Positions 49,968-59,619 of a stretch of DNA of 64,000 nucleotides are shown here, one piece after another. Origin of the DNA: Rickettsia typhi (GTDB lineage: Bacteria; Pseudomonadota; Alphaproteobacteria; Rickettsiales; UBA1997); contig CAMDJZ010000002.1 in assembly GCA_945901265.1 (NCBI GenBank), positions 12,947 through 76,946 on the forward strand. The letters are read 5' to 3'. Position 1 is the stretch's first letter. Every line of letters begins with the position of its first letter. Position numbers and translations under genes: made by a program. The notes below the pieces were generated by a model, which had not been told where the DNA came from, did no database searches, and saw only the letters and a list, made by a program, of their open reading frames with translations.

Positions 49968-49999
49968 ATCAACGAATAAGGATAACCTTATTCGTTGAT
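49968..49999 (-). other. 14-bp perfect stem-loop immediately 3' of atpE
   Basis: ATCAACGAATAAGG (49968..49981), loop ATAA, CCTTATTCGTTGAT (49986..49999). It ends 7 nt from the atpE stop (50007..50009) and has no clean T-run. Confidence 0.6.
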
Positions 50000-50006
50000 T
50001 ACTAAA

Positions 50007-50234
50007 TTATTTTGTGTATAAAACAAGGAATGCAAGTAAAACTGCAAATATACCCATTGCTTCAGCTAAACCTACGGCGATATAAATATATTTTTCAATT
50101 TTTGGAGCAGCCGATGGGTTACGTGCAATGCTATTGAAAAAAGAGCCAAAGATATTGCCAATCGCAATCGCAGCTCCTGCCATGGCAATTGATAATAAAC
50201 CAACGCCAATGAATTTTAATGCAATCATTTCCAT
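50007..50234 (-). CDS. atpE: ATP synthase F0 subunit c
   Basis: 75 aa forming a two-helix hairpin, with 'ARNP' in the loop and the carboxylate in 'GLAEAMGIFA'. Confidence 0.95.
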   Translation of the reverse strand: MEMIALKFIGVGLLSIAMAGAAIAIGNIFGSFFNSIARNPSAAPKIEKYIYIAVGLAEAMGIFAVLLAFLVLYTK

Positions 50235-50422
50235 AAAATAAAAAATTAAAGTTAAAAAATTCTCATTTACCCCATAAAAGCGGGAAGTATTTTGTTAAAG
50301 CAATGCCTTAAAAAAATACAAGTGACAGAAATGAGACTGTCAAATCTGAATTAAAAAAATAAGCAATAATAAATAATTTATTAATAAAAAGTTTTTAAGC
50401 AAATTAATTATAAAAAAAACTT

Positions 50423-51262
50423 TTAATGAGCTTTCATTGTTTCACTTAGATATGCACAAACTAAAATTGCGAATATATAAGCTTGTAAAACAGCTACAAA
50501 TAATTCAAATCCAGTCATTAAGATACTAAAGGCAAAGGGTAGAATTCCTAGAAAACCCAATGAAATTATAAATCCTGCTATAACTTTTAAAAGTACATGT
50601 CCTGCAACCATATTGGCAAAAAGACGAACTGACAAAGTTATTGGACGAATTAAAAAAGAAAATAATTCGATTAGAAATATTAGTGGAGCCATCCACCAAG
50701 GCACTCCCGCTGGAAGAAACATATGAATAAATCCACCTAAGCCATTGCGCGAAATGGCGTAAATAGTGATTACTAAAAAGCATAATAATGCAATTGATAA
50801 TGTAACGGCTACTTGGCTTGTAGAGGTAAAGCTATAGGGTGTCATACCTAAGAAATTACAAATTAAAATGAAGGTAAATAAGCTGAAAATTAATGGAAAA
50901 AATTTACGCCCTTCATCTCCAACACTGCCTTTAACTAAATCATTGATAAAATTAAATAGACCTTCAGCGCATGTTTGCATTCGCGATGGAACTAATGATT
51001 TTTTTCGAGTTGCAAATAGCATGAAAACTATTATTAAAAAAGTTGAGATAAACATGTAAAGTGCTGAGTTTGTAAAGCTCAAATCATATTTTCCTAATTT
51101 TATATCGACAATTTTTTTGACTTCAAATTGAGTCAATGGCGAATGCTCTTCGTGAGCCTCTTCATGAGAATCTTCGGTAATTGATGATTCGGATTTTATT
51201 TCAGAATCAACTTTGGAATCTGATTTATCGAGATCTTTTTCTTCAAAAACTTTTTTTGACAT
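50423..51262 (-). CDS. atpB: ATP synthase F0 subunit a
   Basis: 279 aa. 'SVRLFANMVAGH' carries the essential Arg. It has an acidic ~45-aa N-terminal extension. Confidence 0.9.
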   Translation of the reverse strand: MSKKVFEEKDLDKSDSKVDSEIKSESSITEDSHEEAHEEHSPLTQFEVKKIVDIKLGKYDLSFTNSALYMFISTFLIIVFMLFATRKKSLVPSRMQTCAEGLFNFINDLVKGSVGDEGRKFFPLIFSLFTFILICNFLGMTPYSFTSTSQVAVTLSIALLCFLVITIYAISRNGLGGFIHMFLPAGVPWWMAPLIFLIELFSFLIRPITLSVRLFANMVAGHVLLKVIAGFIISLGFLGILPFAFSILMTGFELFVAVLQAYIFAILVCAYLSETMKAH

Positions 51263-51542
51263 ATTTTTAAATTAAAATTTTATAAAAATTGAGTATATTT
51301 GTTGCTTCATTAAAATTAATTTTTTGTTAATTGGTGATTTTTTGTGTTTAGCAATTCTAAATTAGACTTACAAGCTCTAATAGTAAAATGATAATACTAA
51401 ATATAAAATAAATATCTCAAAATTTAAGTAAAGCTAAATATTTTCCAAAATTTTAAATTATCATTATTTTTTCCTTTGAAAAATTGTAAACGATGATTAA
51501 CTTAAATTTATTATTTTAAAAATATATTTTTATAGTTAAAAA

Positions 51543-52106
51543 ATGTCAAGTTATCAAATTTTGAAAACTCAATCGCGCATTACCTTGATTCGCTCATTTA
51601 AACTGTTAATTTTTTTTACTTTTTTAATTTTGCTATGCACTAAAAGCGTAAATTCGCAGGAGTTATTAACGCGATTCCATGATTGGAGTTTATTTCGCTC
51701 TAAAAGAAATAATCAAAATATCTGTTATATTGTATCAACGCCAATCAAGCGTGAAGGTAATTATTTAAAAAGGGGTGAGCCATATTTAATGATTACCGAG
51801 GTTAAAAATGACATTGATGAAGTTAGTTCTTCAGCGGGATTTATTTTTAAGGATTCAGCTAATATCGAAATATCATTTGGTGGAAAGAAATTTAATCTTT
51901 TTCCTTTTAAAACTATCGCTTGGTCGCAAGATAAAAATGAGGATATTGAAATTATCAAAGAAATGCAAAAAAATGCCGATATAATAATTACCTCAATTGC
52001 CAATGATGGTAAGATTGCTATTGACACTTATTCATTGATTGGCTTTGTTGAGAGCTATAATAAGTTAAAACAATTATGTGACTTAGATAACAATGACAAA
52101 TTATAA
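51543..52106 (+). CDS. secreted IalB-like (invasion-associated locus B family) protein
   Basis: 187 aa with a signal peptide. The pattern 'DWSLF....NICYIVS', 'EISFGGKKFNLFPF..IAW', 'IIKEMQKNADIIITS' and 'DTYSLIGFVESYNKLKQLC' resembles the IalB family as I recall it. Confidence 0.5.
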   Translation: MSSYQILKTQSRITLIRSFKLLIFFTFLILLCTKSVNSQELLTRFHDWSLFRSKRNNQNICYIVSTPIKREGNYLKRGEPYLMITEVKNDIDEVSSSAGFIFKDSANIEISFGGKKFNLFPFKTIAWSQDKNEDIEIIKEMQKNADIIITSIANDGKIAIDTYSLIGFVESYNKLKQLCDLDNNDKL

Positions 52107-52111
52107 TAAAA

Positions 52112-52627
52112 ATGTTTAAAGAGATTTTAAATAATTATATTTTCAATGGCAACCTTCTAATCTTTTTGGCATCTCTATTTGCCTGTGTTTTATTTGCTAT
52201 AATTATTTTACGGATAATTCTTAATTTTTTGTTTGATCAGGCTTATAAAAAATATAAAAATCTAAAAAAAATATTACCAAAATCTCAAAAAAATTTAAAA
52301 GAAGAAGAGGAGTTGATTCTTTACAAAGATAAACTTCCTAAAGCTCATTCGCAAATAAAGTCAGAAATGAAAAATATGGTAAATAGCCAAGAATTGCCTA
52401 AATACGAAATCATTGAAAGACCTAAAGAGCAAGATTTGAGTCAAGTTGAGATAGTTGATATAGTAAAACCAATTGGTTTCTGGACTTCTATGATTTTAGG
52501 ACAAAAATTAACTTATTTAATTCAATCAGCGCAAATGCTCAATAAAAAAGGCAGTAAGGGATTTTGGGTAAGTATGGTTGAAGCTAAAGATCGTGTAGCT
52601 GGAAAACAGCATTCGCGTGGAAGATGA
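52112..52627 (+). CDS. single-TM protein of unknown function with internal 'GFW.SM' duplication
   Basis: 171 aa with one N-terminal TM helix, a charged linker, and two copies of a GFW(T/V)SM motif. It starts 5 nt after the previous gene. Confidence 0.45.
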   Translation: MFKEILNNYIFNGNLLIFLASLFACVLFAIIILRIILNFLFDQAYKKYKNLKKILPKSQKNLKEEEELILYKDKLPKAHSQIKSEMKNMVNSQELPKYEIIERPKEQDLSQVEIVDIVKPIGFWTSMILGQKLTYLIQSAQMLNKKGSKGFWVSMVEAKDRVAGKQHSRGR

Positions 52628-52678
52628 TTGAATTTTTTCAAAGGTAATATTTAATTTTTTAAGAATAATCTAAAATTT

Positions 52679-53857
52679 ATGCAGCAACAAATCCAAAAGT
52701 TGAATGTTAAGTTTAACAACTTTTTACGTAAAAATTTTCCAGAAATTCAGCGATATGATTTTGAAGAAATAAGAAAAGATATTGATGAATTTATTGAAGT
52801 TGTAGAAAATCAAAATCAACTACGCGCAGATATGTCTCGCGCATTTTGTGAATCAATTTTTAGTGATAGTAAAATCAATATTATGCATGTGATTGCAAAA
52901 TTTGGTACTATTGAGCAGGTTAATAAGATTGTCGATATCGCAGGTGTAGCAGCTGTAAATACTCTTGATGCGAATCGGTTTACGCCCCTGCATTATGCAT
53001 CAATAAATTCTCGTGATGATATTGTTTCTACCCTTATAAATTTAGATGCTGATCGCAATGCAACAACATCAGTTGAAACTAGAAAGTGGCATTCAATTCA
53101 TTTCGCATGTCGTTATGGCAATTTAAAAGTTGTAAAAATTTTTATTGAACTTGGGGTTGATAAAGAAATTCGTACTGGTTTTGGACTTACCCCTCTTCAT
53201 GTTGCATGTGAATTTGGTAAAATAGAGATCGTTAAATATCTACTTAATCTTGGTGTTCAAAAGGATCCAATTACAATTAATGACAATCAGAATATGACCC
53301 CATTGCATTATGCGGTAGTTGGTAATTTTCAAGCGCTTAGCGAACTTTTGTTAATTAACGGTGTTGATAAAAATAAATGCGATATTAAGGGATATAGTTC
53401 TCTTGATATTGCTTCTAGAAATAATTTATTAGAAATTGCCAAATTACTTTTGAGATGGGGGGTTAAAAATATCGAAGATTCTTATGAAATTGCCCATTCT
53501 TTTAAAAATAAAGAAATCAAGGAACTTATCCAAAAATATATTAATGCAAAAAAATGTTTGTTCAATAAATCCTTATTAAAAAAATTAATTCCTGAATTAA
53601 TTGAAATGATCGGCAAATTCAATAATATCAATGTTTCTGAGCCTATTATAAAAATTTTTGGTAATGTTGAATTTAACGCTTTTGGAATTTTTGATTTAAC
53701 AAGTTTAGTGGGTTTTTTTTCAAAAAGACAAGTTGATTTTGTTCAATTTGCTGAACAAAATGAGTTAATAGATTTATGTGATGCGCTCGATCATATCAAG
53801 GAAATTATGGTCAATAGCCATAATGAAATAATTAAAATTAGTTTAGAAAATATTTAA
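52679..53857 (+). CDS. ankyrin-repeat protein
   Basis: 392 aa with at least five ANK repeats ('FTPLHYASINSRDDIVSTLINLDAD', 'LTPLHVACEFGKIEIVKYLLNLGV', 'MTPLHYAVVGNFQALSELLLINGV', and others). No signal peptide. Confidence 0.85.
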   Translation: MQQQIQKLNVKFNNFLRKNFPEIQRYDFEEIRKDIDEFIEVVENQNQLRADMSRAFCESIFSDSKINIMHVIAKFGTIEQVNKIVDIAGVAAVNTLDANRFTPLHYASINSRDDIVSTLINLDADRNATTSVETRKWHSIHFACRYGNLKVVKIFIELGVDKEIRTGFGLTPLHVACEFGKIEIVKYLLNLGVQKDPITINDNQNMTPLHYAVVGNFQALSELLLINGVDKNKCDIKGYSSLDIASRNNLLEIAKLLLRWGVKNIEDSYEIAHSFKNKEIKELIQKYINAKKCLFNKSLLKKLIPELIEMIGKFNNINVSEPIIKIFGNVEFNAFGIFDLTSLVGFFSKRQVDFVQFAEQNELIDLCDALDHIKEIMVNSHNEIIKISLENI

Positions 53858-53882
53858 TATAAACATAAACTGTTAAATATTA

Positions 53883-54647
53883 TTATCTTTTAATAGCTTT
53901 AAGCATTTTTTTTATTACTTTATCTAGTCCAAAAAATATTGCTTCGCCAATAAGAAAATGGCCAATATTTAATTCAATAATTTCATTTATTTGGGAAATT
54001 TGTTTGGCAGTAATGTAATCTAAGCCATGTCCAGCATGACACTCCAAACCTAGTTGATAAGCATATTTTGCACAATTCTTTAAGTTAGCAAATTCTTTTT
54101 TTTGAGCATTCTTGGTTTTTAAACAAAATTCACCAGTATGAAATTCAACGATATCGGCGTTAATTTTTTTAGCACATTCAATTTGTTTTAAATCAGCGTC
54201 AATAAAAAGCGAAACACGAATTTTTTGTTTATGAAATTTGGTGATCATTTTCGCTAATTGCAGTTTATTTTTTATGACATCTAATCCACCTTCTGTAGTA
54301 ATTTCGCGTCTTTTTTCAGGTACTATGCAAACAGCATTTGGCTTAGTTTTTAAAGCAATTTTAAGCATTTCTTGAGTTGGAGCAATTTCTAGATTTATTG
54401 GTAATTTTATGGCTTTCTTAAGTTCTGTTAAATCTTCATCACGAATATGACGACGATCTTCACGCAAGTGAATTGTAATGCCATTTGCGCCACTTTTTTG
54501 CGCCAAAATTGCTCCCGCAACTACGCTAGGATGAGCATTTCCGCGAGCATTACGAATGGTTGCAATATGATCAATATTAACGCCTAATCTTATATTTGAT
54601 GTAATATTTTTATTTAATTTTTGATTTGAATTAATCTTTTTTTTCAT
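53883..54647 (-). CDS. pdxJ: pyridoxine 5'-phosphate synthase
   Basis: 254 aa with 'LGVNIDHIATIRNARG', 'HLREDRRHI' and 'ECHAGHGL'. Confidence 0.9.
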   Translation of the reverse strand: MKKKINSNQKLNKNITSNIRLGVNIDHIATIRNARGNAHPSVVAGAILAQKSGANGITIHLREDRRHIRDEDLTELKKAIKLPINLEIAPTQEMLKIALKTKPNAVCIVPEKRREITTEGGLDVIKNKLQLAKMITKFHKQKIRVSLFIDADLKQIECAKKINADIVEFHTGEFCLKTKNAQKKEFANLKNCAKYAYQLGLECHAGHGLDYITAKQISQINEIIELNIGHFLIGEAIFFGLDKVIKKMLKAIKR

Positions 54648-55779
54648 AAAAAATAAAATAACTTAAATAGATTACACAAGCAATTATTGCAACTATTGGA
54701 AAACATTGAATGCCGATAAACTCGCCCAGCAATCCTCCAACGATACTTCCGCAAATTGCTCCTGAGGTTCCGATCAGTTGAAAAGTTGAACCGGCTGAAA
54801 TTAGTATATCCTTACCATAATCTTCATTCATCATTTTATAAACTGCAACAAAAATACATGCGGTAAATGATCCAAACATGAAATAAATAAAAACTATAAA
54901 CCAATAGTTATCATGATAAACTAATAGCATTAAAAAACTTATAAGACATCCTACAAAGCCAATATTAATTAGTTTTTGAGGTTTAGTATTTTTGAGTAAA
55001 ATTCCTACAATTAAATCAACAAATCCACTAGCATAATAAGCGGTAATAAATAGCCCGGAGCTCTCAAAGGAGTAGCCGAGTCCTACGCCATAAATTACTG
55101 AAAAACTCATTAAACTATAAGATTGAAAATCTAAAAAAAATCTTGCTAAAAAACATTGTGGATTATTTTTAAAGAAAGTTTTTAAACTTATTGAGTTTGG
55201 ATTGATTTGTGGTTTTGGTAGTTTTTTTAGTGGCAATAAGAACCAAAAAGAACTTAGTGTAAGTATGGCCGATGCCAAAAATGAAAAAATACTATTGGCA
55301 CCTAAAACCTTTACTATCAATGGTCCAATTCCAACTCCAAGTGAAATTATCATGCTAAAAATACCGATGCCAATTCCACGATTTTGATTTTCTAGTAAAA
55401 TATTTAACCATGATAAACGTGATATTGCGTAGATAAACCAACAGCTTCCAATCACTGAAATGAGCAATAGCCAAATCCAAAAATTTACATAAAAATAAAG
55501 TAAAATTGTTGCTAAAGCATAAAATATTGCGCTGAATTTTAAGCTATGCATGAGGCGAAATTTGGCGATGATTTTTGCTAAGAAAAAAGAAGCAATAATT
55601 GCCCAAAATGTTTCGCAAGCCGAAGCAATTCCAACTAATGCTGGACCAGCTCCATGTAGCTTTAAATTAGTTGGAAAAATAACTAAATTTATTCCAAATG
55701 CACAAGCAAAAAGAAAAAAACTTAAATATAAAAACTTTAACTCCTTCTTGAAATTTAAATTCTCAAAAATGCTATTCAT
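54631..55779 (-). CDS. MFS-type transporter
   Basis: 382 aa with about 11-12 TM helices. It overlaps the pdxJ start by 17 nt. Confidence 0.7.
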   Translation of the reverse strand: MNSIFENLNFKKELKFLYLSFFLFACAFGINLVIFPTNLKLHGAGPALVGIASACETFWAIIASFFLAKIIAKFRLMHSLKFSAIFYALATILLYFYVNFWIWLLLISVIGSCWFIYAISRLSWLNILLENQNRGIGIGIFSMIISLGVGIGPLIVKVLGANSIFSFLASAILTLSSFWFLLPLKKLPKPQINPNSISLKTFFKNNPQCFLARFFLDFQSYSLMSFSVIYGVGLGYSFESSGLFITAYYASGFVDLIVGILLKNTKPQKLINIGFVGCLISFLMLLVYHDNYWFIVFIYFMFGSFTACIFVAVYKMMNEDYGKDILISAGSTFQLIGTSGAICGSIVGGLLGEFIGIQCFPIVAIIACVIYLSYFIFYEKKD

Positions 55780-55922
55780 ATGCGCAAATATTGTAAATGT
55801 AAAAAATTGTAAAAATTGATCTTCATGCTTGCAGTATTTAGTGTTAATTTTAAAATTACTATTTATTTTAGTTTTGATAACAAATTTTTAAATTAAAATT
55901 TAATCACAAATTTATTTTTAAT

Positions 55923-57872
55923 ATGGTTATTAAGTCAACCCAGAGTTCGGTAAAATCTAATTTACTTCAGCAGGTAAATCATCCGGCTGATCTCAGAAAA
56001 TTTACTCTTGAGGAGCTAAAACAAATTGCTGAAGAATTGCGCCATGAAACTATCAGTTTAGTTTCAAAAACTGGTGGTCACCTTGGGGCGGGTCTTGGTG
56101 TTGTAGAACTTACTTGCGCTTTGCATTATGTTTTTAATACTCCAGATGACAAATTAATCTGGGATGTTGGTCATCAAGCCTATCCCCATAAAATTATCAC
56201 AGGAAGGCGTGATAAAATGTTAACTATTCGTCAAGCTGAAGGTTTATCAGGCTTTACTAAAAGATCAGAAAGTGAATTTGATCCTTTTGGTGCCGGACAT
56301 AGTTCCACTTCAATTTCTTCGGCTCTGGGAATTTCAGTAGCTAAAAAATTTAAAAAAGAAAAATCACATGTTATCGCAGTTATTGGCGATGGCGCAATGT
56401 CAGCAGGAATGGCTTACGAAGCCTTAAATAACGCAGGTGCACTCGAAGATGAGTTTTTTAGTGATAATCGATTAATTGTAATTTTAAACGATAATGATAT
56501 GTCTATTGCACCTCCAACTGGCGCAATGTCTCATTATTTTTCAAAACTTGTTGCTTCAAAATCCTATTTAAAAATTCGCGATATTTCCAAAAAAATTGTT
56601 GATAAACTTCCTCATGCAATTGGAAAATTTCCTCGTAAATTTGAAAAAGCTACCAAGGAATGGTGGATGGGAGGAAATATTTTTGAGGAACTTGGTTTTT
56701 ATTATATCGGTCCAATTGATGGTCACAATCTTGATGTATTGGTTCCCATTCTTGAAAATATTCGCGATGATAAGGCCAGTGATCCAATCTTAATTCACCT
56801 CATAACCCAGAAAGGAAGGGGTTTGAATGAGGAAATGCCTAGCGAAGATAAACTTCACGCAGTTAGCAAATTCGATGTTACAACTAAAGTGCAACAAAAA
56901 GCTAATTCGCAATTTTTAAGTTACTCAAAAATTTTTGGAAAAAAATTAGCGCAACTTGCAAATCATGATGAAAAAATTTTAGCAATTACTGCTGCAATGC
57001 CTTCTGGCACTGGACTTGATGAATTTTCCAAAATTCATGCCGATAAAATTTTTGATGTTGGAATTGCTGAACAACATGCCGTTACATTTTGTGCAGGTCT
57101 TGCCACTGAAGGTTTAAAGCCATATTGTGCGATTTATTCGACTTTTTTGCAAAGAGCTTATGACCAAGTTGTTCATGATGTTGCTATTCAAAAATTACCA
57201 GTAAGATTTATAATCGATCGTGCTGGTTTCGTTGGAGCTGATGGCCCAACTCACGCTGGATCATTCGATATTGCATATTTAGTTAACTTACCGCATTTTG
57301 TGTTAATGGCTCCCAGTGATCCTTGTGAATTAATAAAAATGTTAAATACCGTTAATAATATTAATGATTGCCCGAGTGCTATTCGATTCCCAAGAGGCGA
57401 AGCCAATCAAGAAATAAATATTGATGATCAAGAAATTTTAACAATTGGCAAAGGAAGAATTATTCAAAAAGGCGAAACCTTTGCAATTATTGCATACGGA
57501 ACGATTTTACAAAATGTAATTCAGGCAAGTAAAATTTTACAGCATGAACATAATTTAAAAATTACTATTGCCGATGCAAGATTTGCAAAGCCATTTGATC
57601 AAGAATTAATTCTTGAATTAGTTAAAAACCATCAATTGTTAATCACGATTGAAGAGGGGACAGTCGGAGGATTTGGCAGTGTTGTTGCAAAATTTCTTCA
57701 TGATTTTGGAGTGCTTGATAATTCTAAATGTAAGTTTCGACAAATGGTGATGAGTGATAAATTTATTGAACAAAATAAAATTGAAACCATGCAAGAAGAG
57801 TCGGGAATTGGCGTTAATTCGATTGTAAATTTAATTAAAGAATTTCGTCAAAAACAAAATGATAAAAAATAA
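55923..57872 (+). CDS. dxs: 1-deoxy-D-xylulose-5-phosphate synthase
   Basis: 649 aa with 'GGHLGAGLGVVELT', 'DVGHQAYPHKI' and the TPP motif 'GDGAMSAGMAYEALN'. Confidence 0.95.
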   Translation: MVIKSTQSSVKSNLLQQVNHPADLRKFTLEELKQIAEELRHETISLVSKTGGHLGAGLGVVELTCALHYVFNTPDDKLIWDVGHQAYPHKIITGRRDKMLTIRQAEGLSGFTKRSESEFDPFGAGHSSTSISSALGISVAKKFKKEKSHVIAVIGDGAMSAGMAYEALNNAGALEDEFFSDNRLIVILNDNDMSIAPPTGAMSHYFSKLVASKSYLKIRDISKKIVDKLPHAIGKFPRKFEKATKEWWMGGNIFEELGFYYIGPIDGHNLDVLVPILENIRDDKASDPILIHLITQKGRGLNEEMPSEDKLHAVSKFDVTTKVQQKANSQFLSYSKIFGKKLAQLANHDEKILAITAAMPSGTGLDEFSKIHADKIFDVGIAEQHAVTFCAGLATEGLKPYCAIYSTFLQRAYDQVVHDVAIQKLPVRFIIDRAGFVGADGPTHAGSFDIAYLVNLPHFVLMAPSDPCELIKMLNTVNNINDCPSAIRFPRGEANQEINIDDQEILTIGKGRIIQKGETFAIIAYGTILQNVIQASKILQHEHNLKITIADARFAKPFDQELILELVKNHQLLITIEEGTVGGFGSVVAKFLHDFGVLDNSKCKFRQMVMSDKFIEQNKIETMQEESGIGVNSIVNLIKEFRQKQNDKK

Positions 57873-57898
57873 TTTGGTAAGCAAGAAGTTATGCAAAA

Positions 57899-59608
57899 AT
57901 GGTAAGTAAAATGGAAAAAAAAATCGCAAACGAAATTGAAGCTAAAATTATAAATCCCAATTTACCTTACAAACCATTAGCCGAATTGCTTCGTCCACAA
58001 AAATTAGCAGATGTTATCGGTCAACAACATTTGTTAGAAAATAATGGTGCTTTACAAGTTTTTTTTCAGTCAAAAAAAATTCCATCGCTAATTTTGTTTG
58101 GCCCTCCAGGTGTTGGAAAAACTACTATCGCCAAACTTTTAGCAGAAATAATTGACGCCAATTTTATCATGATTTCGGCAATCACTTCAGGTGTTGCTGA
58201 TTTAAAAAAAATATTTGATGACATAAAAAATGAAAAAAATTTTTATGAAGATGGTCGTCAAGATCATGGACAGTCAAATTTATTTGCGCAAATTAACCAA
58301 AAAAAAATTTATAAAAAAACTTTATTAATGGTTGATGAGATTCATCATTTCAACAAAACGCAACAAGATTTATTTTTGCCGGTAATCGAAGAAGGCTTGA
58401 TAATAATGGTTGGAACCACTACTCAAAATCCATCATTTCATTTAAATTCCGCTCTTTTATCGCGTTGTAAAGTTTTGCAATTGCAAGAATTAAATGACGA
58501 TGATTTAGAAAAAATTTTGCAAAGAGCTGAAAAAATTTTACAACAAAAATTATTGTTAACTACTGATGCTCGTCAACAATTAATATCTTTAGCTTGTGGC
58601 GATGCGCGCTACTTGATCAACGCTTGCGAACAGATTTTTGCTAAACAAGATTATGAAAAAAATTCTGGACTAAATTTTGGGCAAAATTCTCAAACAAACT
58701 CCTCAACAAACTCCTCAAGAAATTCTCCGAAAAATTCTTCCCAAGCTTCGCAAAATCTTCCAATATCTTCTAAAAACTCTTCAGAAGTTTCGATAAATTC
58801 TGAGCAAAATTCTTCAAAAAATTTTACTGAAATTTTATTAAATGAATTTGAATTAGAAAAATTTATCACCAAAAAATCTCCTAATTTTGATAAAAAAGGT
58901 GATTTTCATTTCAACCTAATTAGTGCATTTCATAAATCACTGCGCGGAAGCGATGTTGATTCTGCGCTTTATTATCTAGCGCGGATGTTGATTGCCAAGC
59001 AAGATCCTTTTTACATTTTTCGTCGACTCGCGCGATTCGCCACCGAAGATATTGGAGTTGCCGATCCAAATGCAATAGTGCAGGTGATGACTGCCTTGCA
59101 AAATTACCAATTTTTGGGCAGTCCCGAAGGTGATTATGCGTTAAGTTACGCAACAATTTATTGCGCTAACGCCGTAAAATCAAATGCTTGCTATGTTGCG
59201 CATCAGCGGGCATTTGATATCGCTTTACAATCAACGCAACTTTTACCGCCGATGCATATTTGCGATAGCGCTTATGTTAAAGCAATTAATAAACAAGAGC
59301 ATTTGTTAGAAAAAAATATTAATGAATTAAAATTAACAGATAATAACAAAAAAAACCAAGATACAATAAAAGGCAATAGAAATAAAGAAGATAAAATAAA
59401 TTATATTTATGATCACGATACCTACGAATGTTTTTCTGGACAAGAATATTTACCAGAAATTTTACGAAAAAACTATCAAAATAATCCTGAAGAACTGCAA
59501 TTTTATCAGCCAAGTAATCGCGGATTTGAAAAGGACATTACTAAAAGATTAGATTATTGGAAAAATTTAAAAAATCAAATTTCTTCAAGAAATAAATGTG
59601 AAAATTAA
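57899..59608 (+). CDS. rarA: replication-associated recombination protein A (RarA/MgsA) with low-complexity insertions
   Basis: 569 aa with 'GPPGVGKTT', 'VDEIHHFNK', 'SALLSRC', 'HKSLRGSD' and 'DPFYIFRRLARFATEDIG'. It is about 120 aa longer than the E. coli protein as I recall it. Confidence 0.85.
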   Translation: MVSKMEKKIANEIEAKIINPNLPYKPLAELLRPQKLADVIGQQHLLENNGALQVFFQSKKIPSLILFGPPGVGKTTIAKLLAEIIDANFIMISAITSGVADLKKIFDDIKNEKNFYEDGRQDHGQSNLFAQINQKKIYKKTLLMVDEIHHFNKTQQDLFLPVIEEGLIIMVGTTTQNPSFHLNSALLSRCKVLQLQELNDDDLEKILQRAEKILQQKLLLTTDARQQLISLACGDARYLINACEQIFAKQDYEKNSGLNFGQNSQTNSSTNSSRNSPKNSSQASQNLPISSKNSSEVSINSEQNSSKNFTEILLNEFELEKFITKKSPNFDKKGDFHFNLISAFHKSLRGSDVDSALYYLARMLIAKQDPFYIFRRLARFATEDIGVADPNAIVQVMTALQNYQFLGSPEGDYALSYATIYCANAVKSNACYVAHQRAFDIALQSTQLLPPMHICDSAYVKAINKQEHLLEKNINELKLTDNNKKNQDTIKGNRNKEDKINYIYDHDTYECFSGQEYLPEILRKNYQNNPEELQFYQPSNRGFEKDITKRLDYWKNLKNQISSRNKCEN

Positions 59609-59619
59609 ATAAACTTTAT

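Noticed and set aside
50235-50422. Hairpin TGACAG-N8-CTGTCA (about 50322..50341) in the atpB-atpE spacer as a terminator or regulatory element.
   Set aside because: It has only a 6-bp stem and no flanking T-run. It is too weak to call.
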